This document shows, piece by piece, positions 1-12,980 of a stretch of DNA of 60,997 nt (position 1 is the first letter of the stretch; each line of letters starts with the position of its first letter). The DNA comes from Octopus bimaculoides (lineage: Eukaryota), in NCBI RefSeq assembly GCF_001194135.2, contig NC_068998.1:39020509-39081505 (forward strand), given 5' to 3'. The notes beneath the pieces are model-generated. The model ran no database searches. It worked only from the letters and a program-made list of their open reading frames with translations, and was not told the origin of the DNA. The translations under genes and the position numbers were made by a program.

Positions 1-111
1 GAAACACAACAGTGTAAAGCAACCTGGAGTTGTACAGAACTCAATTCAAGTATGTAAGAGTGAGCAACAAATTTTATTTTAAGCTGTAATTTCACCTTAA
101 ACTGTAATTTG

Positions 112-700
112 TTTTTACACACTCACACACACACGTGCATGCACACACGCAGACACACATACACGTGCATGCACACACACAGACACACAGACACACATAC
201 ACGTGCATGCACACACACACACTCACATACACGTGTATGCACACACACACACAGACACGTGCGCATGTGCACACACACATGTATGCACACACACATGTAT
301 GCACACACACATACACACACACACATATGCACATACACACAGGTGCATGCACACATGCATGTGCACACATGCATGTGCACACACACATGCACATACATAC
401 ATGCACACACACACTCCCACTTACACATATGCATGCACACACACATACATGCACATACACATACACACATACACTCACACACACATACACACACATGCAC
501 ATACACATGCATCCACATACACGTGCACACGCACGCACACACATGCACATGCATACATGCACACACATGCATGCACATACACACACTCTCACTCATGCAT
601 GCACACACATACACACACATGCACACAAACACACACACGCACGCACGCATGCACACACACACTCACACACACACATGCACGCACACACACACACGCATAA
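112..700. repeat. Cryptic (CA)n/(CATG/CACG) microsatellite block
   Basis: Near-continuous CA/TG dinucleotide variants; source of the spurious HT/CV ORFs. Confidence 0.95.
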
Positions 701-1159
701 CCACTACCCAGTATATTTCACAGCAGAAATAACTATTATGGTAACAGTCATGATAACAAATGACTGGAATTCACAGAACCACGGCAAAGCTTGGCCTTGT
801 GTAGCAGAGAAATTGTCAGTTCTATTGATTATTCTTATTGCTTCTTCTGAATTGCAGTAATTAGCAACATAGAATGTGGAACTTGGTTCATTCCATATGA
901 AATACGGTTGGAATTTATGGAGAAAAACACAGCAAATCAGCAAATCTTTAAACTCTTTGAAGCAGACTAAAAGGAAAAGTTTGTTCCAGTGGTGGGAAAA
1001 ACAGGGGTCTTTTTTTCATTTATTTTCTTTTTGCCTTTATTTGTTTGATCATGAATGTTACATGGAATATTGGCATCCTCTGATTGATGACAAGGAACTT
1101 ACATCTTTGGCAGAAAAGGTTGTGATGTACATGACTTTCCCAATGTCATTTATAGCGTT

Positions 1160-1554
1160 ATCATCATCGTCTTCATCACCATCATCATCATCATCGCCAT
1201 CATCATCATCATCAATATTATCATCATTATCATTATCATCATTGTTATTGTTGGTGGCGTTGTCGTCATTGTCCTCCCCCTCTTCCTCGATGTTATCACT
1301 AGCATCATCATCGCTGCCGTCATCATTGTCATTGTCATTGTCGTTGTCATTGTTGTTGTCATTGTTGTTGTCATCATTGTCATTATTGTCGTTGTCTCTA
1401 CTGTTTTCCTCATCATTGCCATCGTCATCATTGTTGTCCTCCTCCTCCTCCTCCTCCTCCTCCTCAATATCATCATCATCATCATCATCTTCATAATCAT
1501 CGTCATCACAAGAATTGTGATTTATATGATCTTCTGAATGTCATTTATAGTGTT

Positions 1555-1587
<33 letters not shown>

Positions 1588-1590
1588 TTT
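1160..1590. repeat. Cryptic (TCA/TCG/TTG)n trinucleotide region with duplicated flank
   Basis: aatgtcatttatagYgttatcatcatc occurs at about 1142 and 1537, indicating a local tandem duplication. Confidence 0.8.
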
Positions 1591-2045
1591 TATCTTTTAC
1601 TGTTTTGGTCGTTAGACTGTGGCCATTTTTAGTTGAATGAATCAAGCCCAGTTCTTTTTTTTTTTAAGCCCGGTACCTATTCTATTGATCTCTTTTGTTG
1701 AACTGCTAAGTTACAGGGACATAAACACACCAACAACGGTTGTCAAGTGGTGATGTGGGGGAGGAGGCAAACACAGACACAAAGATACACACACAGATAG
1801 CTAGAGAGATAGACAGACAGACAAACAGACAGGCAGGCAGACAGATAGACAGGCAGACAGACAGACAGACAGACAGATAAGCAGACAAATAGACAGATAG
1901 ATAGATATGATGGGCATCTTTCAGTTTCCATCTTTCAAATCCACTCAGGAGGCTCTGGTCAGCCCAAGGCTATAGTCGAAGACACTTGCCCAAGGTGCCA
2001 TGCAATGAGACTGAACCCAGAACCATGTGGTTGGGAAGCAAGCTT
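1590..2045 (-). mobile_element. tRNA-derived SINE family A (internal microsatellite), diverged
   Basis: Reverse complement matches the 58761-59157 copy (ggcaccttgggcaagtgtctt ... gtagacggaaactgaaagaagccc ... cagtcaaatgactgaaac). Confidence 0.85.
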
Positions 2046-2325
2046 TTCTCTCTTTCTCTCTCTCTCACATTCAGATACACATGCACATACACTAACACAT
2101 ACAGACACTTATGCACACACACACACACACACACACAAATGTACATAATATGTGGCTGTGTGCACATGGCACATGGCACAGATATTTATAAATACATTTA
2201 TATTATATAGTTCTCTTGCCGAGGTTGACTTAGCCTTTCATCCTTTCAGAGTCGATAAATGAGATACCAGTTTCGTACTGGGGTCGATTTAATTGACTGA
2301 CCCCATCCCTCAAAATTTTGGGCCT

Positions 2326-2366
<41 letters not shown>

Positions 2367-2456
2367 GTGACACTAATATATTCAGTAAAAAGGTAAAAAG
2401 GAAATATACACAATTTTACTTCATATATAGTTATATCAATATATATATATATCATC

Positions 2457-2488
<32 letters not shown>

Positions 2489-2489
2489 C

Positions 2490-3150
2490 ATTTAACATTC
2501 GCTTTCCATGCAGGCAGGGGTTGGACGAGAGTGTAGTGGGTGCTTTTACATGCCACCGGCATGAGGGCCAGTCAGGTTGTACTGGCGATAGCCATGCTCA
2601 AATGGTGTTTTTTTGATATGCCACCTGCACAGGAGCCAGTCCAGCGGCATTGGCAGCAACATCGCTCGAATGTTGTTTTTCCCGTGCCACTGGCACAAGT
2701 GCCAATAAGGCGACACTGATAACAATCATGCTCAAATGGTGCTTTTTATGTGCCACCGGCATGGGAGCCAGTCAGCGGCCCTGGCAACAATATATATATA
2801 TATATTGTTCTCTTTATCCTTTTCTCTCTTTATACATATACATACACACACTAATACACGACCTATGTTATAATCCCCACTCTTGTTTATACAACGAATG
2901 GGGCAAAACTAGTCGGTATACAGCACTTACTCAGTATTACCAGTATCTTTGGGTTTGGTTAAATCCAATACCCTCCTTAACCTTATATATATCATCATCA
3001 TCATCATCATCATCGTTTAACGTCCGCTTTCCATGCTAGCATGGGTTGGACGATTTGACTGAGGACTGGTGAAACCGGATGGCAACACCAAGCTCCAATC
3101 TAATTTGGCAGAGTTTCTACAGCTGGATGCCCTTCCTAACGCCAAATATA
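2490..3150 (-). mobile_element. Two 5'-truncated RTE-LINE 3' ends with (GAT)n tails
   Basis: catcat-tttaacgtccgctttccatgctagcatgggttggacg...ctggatgcccttcctaacgcc. The same sequence is contiguous with RTE ORF ends at 7200-7590 and 45430-47200. Confidence 0.75.
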
Positions 3151-4299
3151 TATATANNNNNNNNNNNNNNNNNNNNNNNNNNNNNNNNNNNNNNNNNNNN
3201 NNNNNNNNNNNNNNNNNNNNNNNNNNNNNNNNNNNNNNNNNNNNNNNNNNNNNNNNNNNNNNNNNNNNNNNNNNNNNNNNNNNNNNNNNNNNNNNNNNNN
3301 NNNNNNNNNNNNNNNNNNNNNNNNNNNNNNNNNNNNNNNNNNNNNNNNNNNNNNNNNNNNNNNNNNNNNNNNNNNNNNNNATATATATATATTAATATAT
3401 ATATATATATATGTATGTATATATATATATATAAATATATATACACACACACTTGCATATATATTTCTGCATGTGTGTGTGTGTGTGTGTGCGTGTGTAC
3501 ACGTGTGCACATGCATGTGTGTGCGTGTGTGTGTATAGGAAACAGATTTTCATCTAAACATGTATTATTAAAAACACAGCTGTTAAGGTTTTTATCTTTT
3601 TATCTTTATTCAAATATTCTGATTGGTTCTTTAAAGTTTCAATCGAATATTAACATTCCTAAACTCATCAAACATTTCTAGAGAGCAGAACGGTTTTCAA
3701 AAATTCTGGATGAAGTGTCTTTTAATTTCAAAGTTATAGTTGACATTTGTTACTGCTGTTATATGTTAATGATGTCATTATCCCCAAAGTTTGAACTTTT
3801 AACTGATAGCTTCAGATTTTTTTTTTCAACAATCAAAGAGTGGGGTTTGTTTGTAAGGTAGGGTGCATTATCTGCACATTAAATATTTCTTTGAGCTATG
3901 CTATTAATATTGCTTCCACAATTAATCTTTTACCTTTTTGTATTTATATTTTCGTTTTTGTTTTTCCATGTGAGATGGAACCCTGCATTGGATCATTGCA
4001 TTATCAACTGAAAGTTTCCTACTCAGTTTTGTTTTATGTTTGATGTATGGCAAGTTATAAATGCAGTTATCATGTTCTAGCATTAGCATTTGGAGAAGGT
4101 CTTACAAAGGAGAAACAGAGGGGACCATAAAGTTCAGAATGGCAGAAGATTGGTAGGCCTTAATGAGAGGAGCAACACCCAAGTCAGGAATATTTGAACG
4201 TATATGGTGCAAGAATAGAAATCGTATACCACCACACTGGAATGAAATTACCATAATTGATAGAGATAACAGGGAAAGTGGAAACTATGAAAATATTTA

Positions 4300-5286
4300 A
4301 GAGACAGCATACATGCATACATACATACATACATACATACATATAGACATACATACATACATATATTCATGCATGCACACACTTGTATACATACATACAT
4401 GCATCTTACGTTCATGCATACACACACATATACATTCATACGTACACACATATACGCATGCATGGCTATATGCAACTTACATTCATACATACATGCATAC
4501 GTAAATGCATGCATATACATATGCATACATGCATACGAACATATATGCATACATACTTGTACGCACACATACATACTTGCATACATACATATATGCATAC
4601 ATACTTATTTACATATGTACATACATTACATTGCATACATACAGGTATACATACATGTACACATCCATCTGTCCATCCATCCATACATACACTCACATAC
4701 ATACATACATACATACAAACACACACNNNNNNNNNNNNNNNNNNNNNNNNNNNNNNNNNNNNNNNNNNNNNNNNNNNNNNNNNNNNNNNNNNNNNNNNNN
4801 NNNNNNNNNNNNNNNNNNNNNNNNNNNNNNNNNNNNNNNNNNNNNNNNNNNNNNNNNNNNNNNNNNNNNNNNNNNNNNNNNNNNNNNNNNNNNNNNNNNN
4901 NNNNNNNNNNNNNNNNNNNNNNNNNNNNNNNNNNNNNNNNNNNNNNNNNNNNNNNNNNNNNNNNNNNNNNNNNNNNNNNNNNNNNNNNNNNNNNNNNNNN
5001 NNNNNNNNNNNNNNNNNNNNNNNNNNNNNNNNNNNNNNNNNNNNNNNNNNNNNNNNNNNNNNNNNNNNNNNNNNNNNNNNNNNNNNNNNNNNNNNNNNNN
5101 NNNNNNNNNNNNNNNNNNNNNNNNNNNNNNNNNNNNNNNNNNNNNNNNNNNNNNNNNNNNNNNNNNNNNNNNNNNNNNNNNNNNNNNNNNNNNNNNNNNN
5201 NNNNNNNNNNNNNNNNNNNNNNNNNNNNNNNNNNNNNNNNNNNNNNNNNNNNNNNNNNNNNNNNNNNNNNNNNNNNNNNNNNNNNN

Positions 5287-5323
<37 letters not shown>

Positions 5324-5400
5324 GTATGTGTGTGTATGTGTATGTGTGTGCGTGTGCATGCGTGTGTATGCATAAGTATCTGTATGTGTGTAAAGCAATA
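4300..5400. repeat. (CATA)n/(TA)n microsatellite region spanning N-gap 4727-5285
   Basis: Direct sequence. Confidence 0.9.
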
Positions 5401-5766
5401 TATTTATCTATTTAATTTTGAGATGAAAAATTGGCTAGAACAAGATAATTACTTTTCTACATCACATGACTGATTTAAACCAATGAAAGCAGACTTTCAT
5501 TTTTGCTAGAAAATTCACTTGCATAAATGGACTCCAGATATTCACTTTTCTTTGCATGTCACATGATTCTGCTTTAACATCATTTTCAGTCAATTGTGAG
5601 GAAGCACCTATAGAGTGTTTTTAATTCTGGTATCCTTTAAAGTCGGATCGCTATGTCTGTATTGAAGCAAAGTTTTTTTTTTTTAATATGGACAGTGTTA
5701 TTTTCCATTTTCACCAGTGTTTGTCACACTGCAGGTTGACACTTTGCTGAACAATGATATGACTAA

Positions 5767-5973
5767 CCCTTTAGCATTCAGATTATTCTGTCAAACATAA
5801 AGCTTATTTATTAACATTGTCTTAAATTATCTTTTAGTTTTGAGATTTTGATGATGTAATTGTTTATTTTTAGAATGACATTGTAGGGTAGGTGTGAGAA
5901 TCCAGGTCTGGCCACTTTGAACAGAAAACAAGTAAAATATTGGGCCTGCTATGGCTGGTTTAAGTGCTAAAGG
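5767..5973. mobile_element. piggyBac-like MITE
   Basis: Termini ccctttagca...tgctaaagg flanked by CTAA/TTAA. Related copies at 18788-19039 and about 48780-48992. Confidence 0.6.
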
Positions 5974-6654
5974 TTAAGACACTCTCTCACATTTTGTCAC
6001 ACACATTCTTCTACACATACATGCTCATACTCACATTCTCCTACATTCACAGCTATGTACAATAAAAACACTCAAAAACGACAAATATTCATTTACAAGC
6101 CAATAAAAACACTGTCTTTAGAAAACTTTATTACAAATCCAAGCATCAGATATTCTTTCAGTATTTTCATCTAGTGCAATGTTTTGTTTTATGTAAGAAC
6201 TATCCTGTATAATAAACTATGGCTTACTCAAACATTATGTTCTGCTATATATGTATTCATTTTTGTACTCAAATGTTTTATCAAGCCAGAATAACCCTTT
6301 ATAAAGTTTTGCTATTTTTTCACATTAATAATTGCAATTTTCCAGGTTACTTATTGCTCCATTTTTCATTGAGAGCAATCTTTGTACTAACACACATTTC
6401 TTTTAAACATACAGAACTTTCTTAAACATTTATTACAAAAATTGACAATCAAAATTCATTTGCCTTGTAGTTACTTCATTTGCAACATTTCAGAACTATT
6501 TAAGAGAAATAGTTCTTAAAGTTTTACAATGCTTATGGGGGTCTGAGTAGATATGTATGTGTATGTGTGAATATGTGCATGCATGCATGCATATACATAT
6601 ATATTGTATGTGCTTATCTATCTATCTATCTATCTATCTATTTGTCTGTCTGTG

Positions 6655-6704
<50 letters not shown>

Positions 6705-6744
6705 GATATATATATATAGATATAGATATATAGATATATATATA

Positions 6745-7060
6745 TAGTGGGCATGGCTCAGTGGTTAGAGCGTCGAGCTTACGATCACGAGGTTGTGAGT
6801 TTGAATCCCGGACTGGTCTGCGTGTTGTGTTCTTGAGCAAGACACTCAGCTGTAGAAATGAGTTGCGACATCACAGGTGCCAAGCTGTATCGGCCTTTGC
6901 CTTTCCCTTGGATAAGACTGGTGGCATGGAGAAGGGAAGCCGGTATGCATGGCCGACTGCTGGTCTTCCATAAACAACCTTGCCAAGACTTGTGCCTGAA
7001 AGGGTAACTTTTTAGGTGCAATCCCATGGTCAGTCATGACCGAAGGGGGTCTCAGCAAGA
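6745..7060 (+). mobile_element. tRNA-derived SINE family C
   Basis: A-box TGGCTCAGTGG and B-box GAGTTTGAATCCC, followed by tgttgtgttcttgagcaagacact. Relatives at 11600-11790(-), 27230-27340(-) and 36800-37270(+). Confidence 0.8.
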
Positions 7061-7199
7061 TGGCATAAACATTTACCTAATATTTGAACATAAGAAGTCA
7101 TGCACTTCAATTGAGAAAAGGTTAAGGGCTGTGGTGAAAGCAAAGGGTGGCCTTTTTGAATCGTAAATATATGTAAATAAGTATAACAATCAGCCTGTA

Positions 7200-7590
7200 A
7201 TCTTTCATTAACCAAAACATGTGGAAGAGGTAGACCCAGGAAGGCATCAGATGAGTTGGTGAAGCATGTTGGGCCTCATGAGGCAACGACAAGTGACTGA
7301 GGCCTTTGGCAATATGCTGTGCTTCAGAAGACTCATCAAGCCAGGTGAAATTGTAGTCGTGGCCAATGCTGGTGCCACATCACTGGTACCCATGTAGGTG
7401 GTATGTAAAAACATCTGTGCCAGTGGAACATGAAAAGCACCCATTGCACACTTGGAGTGGTTGGTGTTAGGAAGGGCATCCAGCCATTGAAATCGTGCCA
7501 AATCAGGCTGGAACCTGGTGCAGCTCTTTGGCTTACCAGTTCCAGTCAAACCATCTAACCCATGTCAGCATGGAAAATGGATATAAAGGT
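7200..7590 (+). mobile_element. RTE LINE 3' end (ORF C-terminus GRGRPRK plus 3'UTR)
   Basis: ggaagaggtagacccaggaag followed by ggttggtgttaggaagggcatccagcc...cagcatggaaaatgg. Confidence 0.75.
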
Positions 7591-7930
7591 GACTATACCT
7601 AGAGAACAAATTAGAATAACCCTAGAAAGAGGAACACAAGATGAACACACAATCCTTCTAAATGCAAATATGATCTGTAAATCTAACCTACTGCATCAAA
7701 TGCCCAAATTATGAAGAGATATATATTGGCCAGACAGGAAACTTATTATCAGAATGTACATGAATACACCAGTAACAAATCAGAGATCTTAATGTTTGTT
7801 AGATCCCATTAGGTAATCATTTTTTTTTGTTTTTAATATTCCTTTTTTACAAACTTTATAACTCAAATGAAGTTAGAAGGAGAGTAAGAGAAAAGAATTT
7901 TATCAAGAAGCATAAACCCATTCTGAATTG
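7590..7930 (+). mobile_element. Penelope-like element GIY-YIG endonuclease remnant
   Basis: Frameshifted translation ICKS.NL.YCIKCPNYEEIYIGQTGNLL...EKNFIKKHKPILN*, ending at (TAA)n. Confidence 0.7.
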
Positions 7931-7996
<66 letters not shown>

Positions 7997-8271
7997 TTGG
8001 TTCAAATCTTATCTTTACTCAAAATCTGTAGTAATATTGACAGTAATATCAAACTGAATTTGAACTTAATTTTATTTAAAAATATTTATGGCAGGGTTAC
8101 TGCTTCTCAGCATATGATTGAGCTGAATCCTCTACTGGGAACTCTCATACTGAAGAAGAAGTTCAAGAAGAAACTGAAGAAGAAGAACAAGAAGATTACT
8201 TTTATTATTATTATCATCATCATCATCATCATTATTATTATTATTGTTGTTGTTGTTGTTGTTATTATTAT

Positions 8272-8465
8272 TAAGGTGGTGAGTTGGTGGCATTCTGTCT
8301 GTCTTTATGTTCTGAGTTCACGTTCTGCTAAGGTTGATTTTGCCATTCATCCTTTTGGGGTTGATAAAATAAGTACCAATTGATCACCGGGGAAAGGGGA
8401 GGATTGATGTAATCAACTTATTCCTTTCCCAAAATTTCTGGCCTTGTGCCAAAATTTAAAACCAT
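8272..8465 (+). mobile_element. tRNA-derived SINE family B
   Basis: aaggtggtgagttgg...gttctgagttca...cctttt.gggttgataaaataagtacc...ggccttgtgcc, flanked by (ATT)n. Confidence 0.8.
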
Positions 8466-8485
8466 TATCATTATTATTATTATTA

Positions 8486-8521
<36 letters not shown>

Positions 8522-8524
<3 letters not shown>

Positions 8525-9084
8525 GATAACTGACAGCTCATTTTGCTGGGTAGGATGGAAAGTGTCAGCTGTCCACAGCCAGCAGACTAAGGTGACCCTT
8601 GTTTACTGGTCATGCTTCAAGAACCCTGCGAAGAATTCTTGTAGTTCCAAGCAATGCTCATTTTTGTAGGTGTTCTAGCTTTTACATTTGCACCAATCTT
8701 TTTCAGCCATGTTGGTAGTTGAGTGCTGATATTTCCAAGTGCCCCAATTACTATTGGTATCACGTCTACTCTCCTCATTGATCACAACCTTCGTATTTCC
8801 CACTTCAAATCGTCGTAGTTGTTTATTTTTTCTTCTTCTTTCACATTGATCCTGTTGTCACTGGGGTATGCTATGTCGATTATCATACATGTTCTTTCTT
8901 TTTTATTCACCACAACAATGTCCGGTTTCCGACGTTTGGTCAAGTGATTGCACAGGATCATTGCGTCCCATAGGATTTTGCAATTCACATTTTTGGAGAC
9001 TCCTTCTGGAGTTTGCTCATACCACATCTTTGCTCTTTGTAGGCTGTGATTTCCACAGAGCACCCAATGGATCATTCTTGCCAC
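8522..9084 (-). mobile_element. 5'-truncated R4/Dong-like non-LTR retrotransposon (restriction-like endonuclease end plus 3'UTR) in a (TAA)n tract
   Basis: NVARMIHW...KILWD...KPDIVVVNKKERTCMIIDIAYPSD...KEEEKINNYDDLKWEIRRL...VIPIVIGALG is the PD-(D/E)xK RLE domain. (TAA)n lies on both sides. Confidence 0.85.
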
Positions 9085-9104
9085 ATTATTACTATTATTA
9101 TTGA

Positions 9105-9136
<32 letters not shown>

Positions 9137-10051
9137 GTAGTAGTAGTAGTATTCCACCCACATTTCCGATGCAGTTGATCCCTCCAATCTGTGCGGGAAG
9201 GCCTGCATAGATCATGGACACTGCAGCTGCTTCCCTGACTAGCTTATAAACATAAATGGTAATGGGTAGCGAAGGGAAGGATTTGAAATGTTTAACCATT
9301 CGATTAGTAACCAAACATCACAGGCGTGCACATGTGCTCTCTCACACACACACACACACACACATAAAATATAATTTGGTAGCTTATTTGATACATAGTT
9401 CTAGATGATAGCAAATATACATACATATGTGTACAAGACACAAGCAGATACATATATCATGAGCCATTTTTTCCATTGCATATGCACTCACCCCTACTGA
9501 CACACACACACACACTACACCATTCCGTGAGTGTGCTGGCTTGCTTCAGTAGGTTCCGTTGAGGCTTGTGGTGTGCGACCAATTGAAGCACTTGGCGTTG
9601 CATTGATGTCTTTTCTTTCTTTTCTTTCTTTTCTTTCTCCCTTCTTTTTTTTTTTGTTTTTGCTTTTTTTTTCCTATGTCTTTGTTTTCTAAAGTATATT
9701 CCTGTTCATATTTTGAATAAAAGTCACTACTTATTCTACTCCACCATAAAAAAAAAATCAGAGTGACTGTACAATTAGAAAGAAAAAAAAAAACCTGAAT
9801 GTTAACACAGCAAAGTAAATATACACGGAACAAACACTGAAGTTACGCGCGCGCACACATACACACACAAAATACCTAAATGCTAACATACGCAGTAAGG
9901 CCTTGTAGGGAACACACATAACAAACTCATAGTATACTTAAATTACGCACGCATGTGGGCTTACACACGCGCACGCACACACATACACACACATAAATAT
10001 ACACACGCACTCACACACAAGACGATCAAATAGAAATTTCTACAGAGTTAC

Positions 10052-10132
10052 CTCCCTTCTCTCCATATATCTCCCAGCTTTCCATTACTTCTTGATCGAC
10101 GTCTTCCTTATAACGTCGTGTGAACGAGTTAG
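10052..10132 (-). CDS. Candidate 81-nt exon of an unidentified neighbouring gene
   Basis: Branch-point CTAAT, acceptor tcatcccttAG, donor GAG|GTAACT. Open phase-1/1 frame (x)NSFTRRYKEDVDQEVMESWEIYGEKG. Locally CpG-rich. Protein not recognised. Confidence 0.4.
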
Positions 10133-10789
10133 CTAAGGGATGAATTAGTGAAAATATATGCGTTGTGATAATGAGTTTAGTGTCTTATTGCTTTTGAATT
10201 CTTTTTCATATCTTCAAGTTAGGTTTGTATGAAATAATTGCAAATAAAATATTGATTTGTTTTTGATTTGGTTATCAATATTATTGGTCTGAAGAAGAAT
10301 GAAAACCAAGATCTTTGAATTTGAGCTAAACAATTCAGATGGAAGAAGTCCAATATTCCTATGGTTTCTGACATTCTGCTGCATTGACAAACTAACAAAG
10401 GATCCCCTACATGGTTAATGATCTGCTAGAAATAACAGTTAAATCCTGCTTTAAATCATTGCTTTTGAAAGGTGGAACATTTTGGATAATCTATATTAGC
10501 AACAGAGGCAATATTACCAAGAGGTAATATTTATCTGCATTTAAATGTAGGTGTTCTATTAGAACAAACTATACTGCGGTAGATGCTAGGAGAGAAACTC
10601 TCATGAAAAATGCACACTTCTTTATATCACTTCAAAGGTGCAAGATGAATAATAAACAATACTAACAAAAGTGTATTTTGCACCAAAAGCCAATATAAGA
10701 GTTTCTCTCATGGTATCTACCGCAGTATAGTTTGTTCCAACAGAACATGCACATTTAAGAGAGGATAAATATTCTTTTCTACTCTAGGC

Positions 10790-10980
10790 ACAAGGCCCGA
10801 AATTTTGGGGGAGGGGGGGGTCAGTCGATTATATCAACCCAAGTACTTAATTTATTGATCCTGAAAAGATGAAAGGCAAAGTAGACCTCAGCAGAATTTG
10901 AACTCAGAACGTAAAGACAGACGAAATACCACTAAGCATTTCGCCTGGCATGCTAATGCTTCTGCCAGCTCGCCACCTTG
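10790..10980 (-). mobile_element. SINE family B
   Basis: Reverse complement of the family B consensus (ggtggcgagctggcagaagcattagc...gttctgagttcaaattctgc). Confidence 0.85.
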
Positions 10981-11029
10981 GAGTGGGGATAAAAATTACC
11001 ACTCTGGATAACGTAGTCCTAGATATAAT

Positions 11030-11240
11030 TCTTTTATTTGTTTCAGTCATTTGACTGCGGTCATGCTGGAGCACTGTCTTAAAGGGTTTTCAATGGAAGA
11101 AATTGACTCCAGGACTTATTCCTTGTAATCCTAGTACTTATTCTATTGGTTTCTTTTGCCGAACCGATAAATTACAGGGACATAAACACACCAGCATCAG
11201 TCGTCAAGCGATGGTGGGAGAACAAACACAGACAAACACA
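11030..11240 (-). mobile_element. SINE family A, 3' half
   Basis: gtttcagtcatttgactgcgg...ctagtacttattctatt...cataaacacaccagcatc. Confidence 0.8.
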
Positions 11241-11436
11241 CACATTTCTGTTGAAGAGCGTAGACTTGAAACATTTTCCCAAGCATCATACACCTGCTTG
11301 TTTTTCTATGAATTTCAACTATATATATATATTTATATAAGAACATTACTATACATGAATGCCTCACGCTAAGAGGGACTCTAAAAGTCAAACTACTGTG
11401 TAAACCAATGAGGATCCATATACATGGGCACACACA

Positions 11437-11474
<38 letters not shown>

Positions 11475-11879
11475 TTTAGGTTAGTTAAATATGTTTGTGT
11501 CATATTTCAACTGCTAAAAGCAAAGTTACAGTGGAGAAAAACTTCTCCCTAATGGTAAAAAAGGCATACAAGCACTCCACAGACATGCATACCCCTAACG
11601 TAGTTCTCTGGGAGATTAAGCATGACAAGGAATCTGACAATGCTGGCCTTTTGAATTACAGGTACAACACATTTTTGCCAGCTGAGTGGACTGGAGCAAT
11701 GTGAAATAAAGTGTCTTGCTCAAGGATACAATGCACTGCAAGGAATTGAACTCGCAGCCTTACAATCATGTGACAAATACCCTAACCATGAAGCCATTCG
11801 CCTTCACCACATACATACATACATGCATACATACATACGTACATACATACATATCAATGAATATGTAAATACACAGATC

Positions 11880-12980
11880 ATCCCAAACAAATAAACAATA
11901 AACATAAATATACAGACAAACTTATTGTTATACATCCATAATCAATGTAGAGTCGTTAGAAATCAATAGAATTATGCTGGAAATCTTTATAAGTATTATC
12001 ATCATTGATGGAAATCTCAAAGAGAAATGCGCTCTCTATGCTAAACTGTTTTTAGAGCTTGGTCTGTACTTAATAACATGTTAAAGATCATTGAACAGTT
12101 GTACTGTGTCTATTGTATGCATTGTGTTTAATGTATTGTATAGTGTACGTGTATATGTAATGTTTGTGCAAGTTATTCATCATATTCATATATATTCAGC
12201 TAGACAGGACATGAATTCTTTTTAGATAGAGAAAATGTTAGTTGTATGTAAGGATGGTACGTTTTACTGTTCACAAACATAAGTCAATTACACACACACA
12301 CACACACATGAACACGCATGCACATGCAGGTGCACACACACACACACACACACGCATGAATATATACAGATGCAAACACACGGATACATGTAGGTGCACA
12401 CACACACAGACATACACATGAACACACATACACACGAACACACACATGCACACACACATACCCACACATGCACAGCTACAAGTTGACAAATGCTTTGCGA
12501 GTGAAATTTGGTAAATAGAAATTGAAAAAGCCTGTTGTGTGTGTGCATAGATATATACATTTATATAAATGGATGGGTGGATGGATGGATATGTTTGTGC
12601 ATGTGCATGCATTTGCATATTCCTTTTGTCTTGATACAAGCACGCTAATGGTAAACACAAGTAACCGCTATACAAGTTTATTTGTTTGCAATTCTCCACA
12701 AAGGCCAACCATTGAACTGTTCATTGTTCAAATGTCTAAGGGAAATATCTTACATGGAAACAGTTGTGTATTTTCAACATGAAGGGCACATGCCTCAATA
12801 AAGTTTCATCTAACCCATACACACATGGAAAAGTGAACAATAAAATAAAGAGAATGATCACACACACACACACACAGGCACACACACGCGTGCACACACA
12901 CACACACACACACACAGAGGCACACACACGCGTGCACACACACACACAGAGGCACATGTATATGCCTACACTCAAGCATG
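11880..12980. repeat. Interspersed (CATA)n/(CA)n microsatellites, including a duplicated ggcacacacacgcgtgcac unit at 12877-12945
   Basis: Direct sequence. Confidence 0.7.

Noticed and set aside
92-860. Long ORFs rich in HT/CV/MH dipeptides
   Set aside because: Translations of CA/TG microsatellite; the same applies to similar ORFs at 4248-5473, 12271-13063, 14330-15393 and 57614-57940.
876-1509. 206-aa Ser/Leu-rich ORF and the opposite Met/Thr-rich ORF
   Set aside because: Driven by the (TCA)n cryptic repeat; no recognisable domain.
3069-3681. ORFs spanning N runs (also 4369-5473, 14344-15393, 48149-48738)
   Set aside because: Open only because N codons are not stops.
6745-6830. tRNA-like sequence with A and B boxes
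   Set aside because: No complete cloverleaf or acceptor stem, and it continues into a repeated SINE body; likewise for all other SINE heads.
8145-8195. ctgaagaagaagttcaagaagaaac as a hammerhead after the 7590-7930 PLE
   Set aside because: Indistinguishable from (GAA)n low complexity; no stem II.
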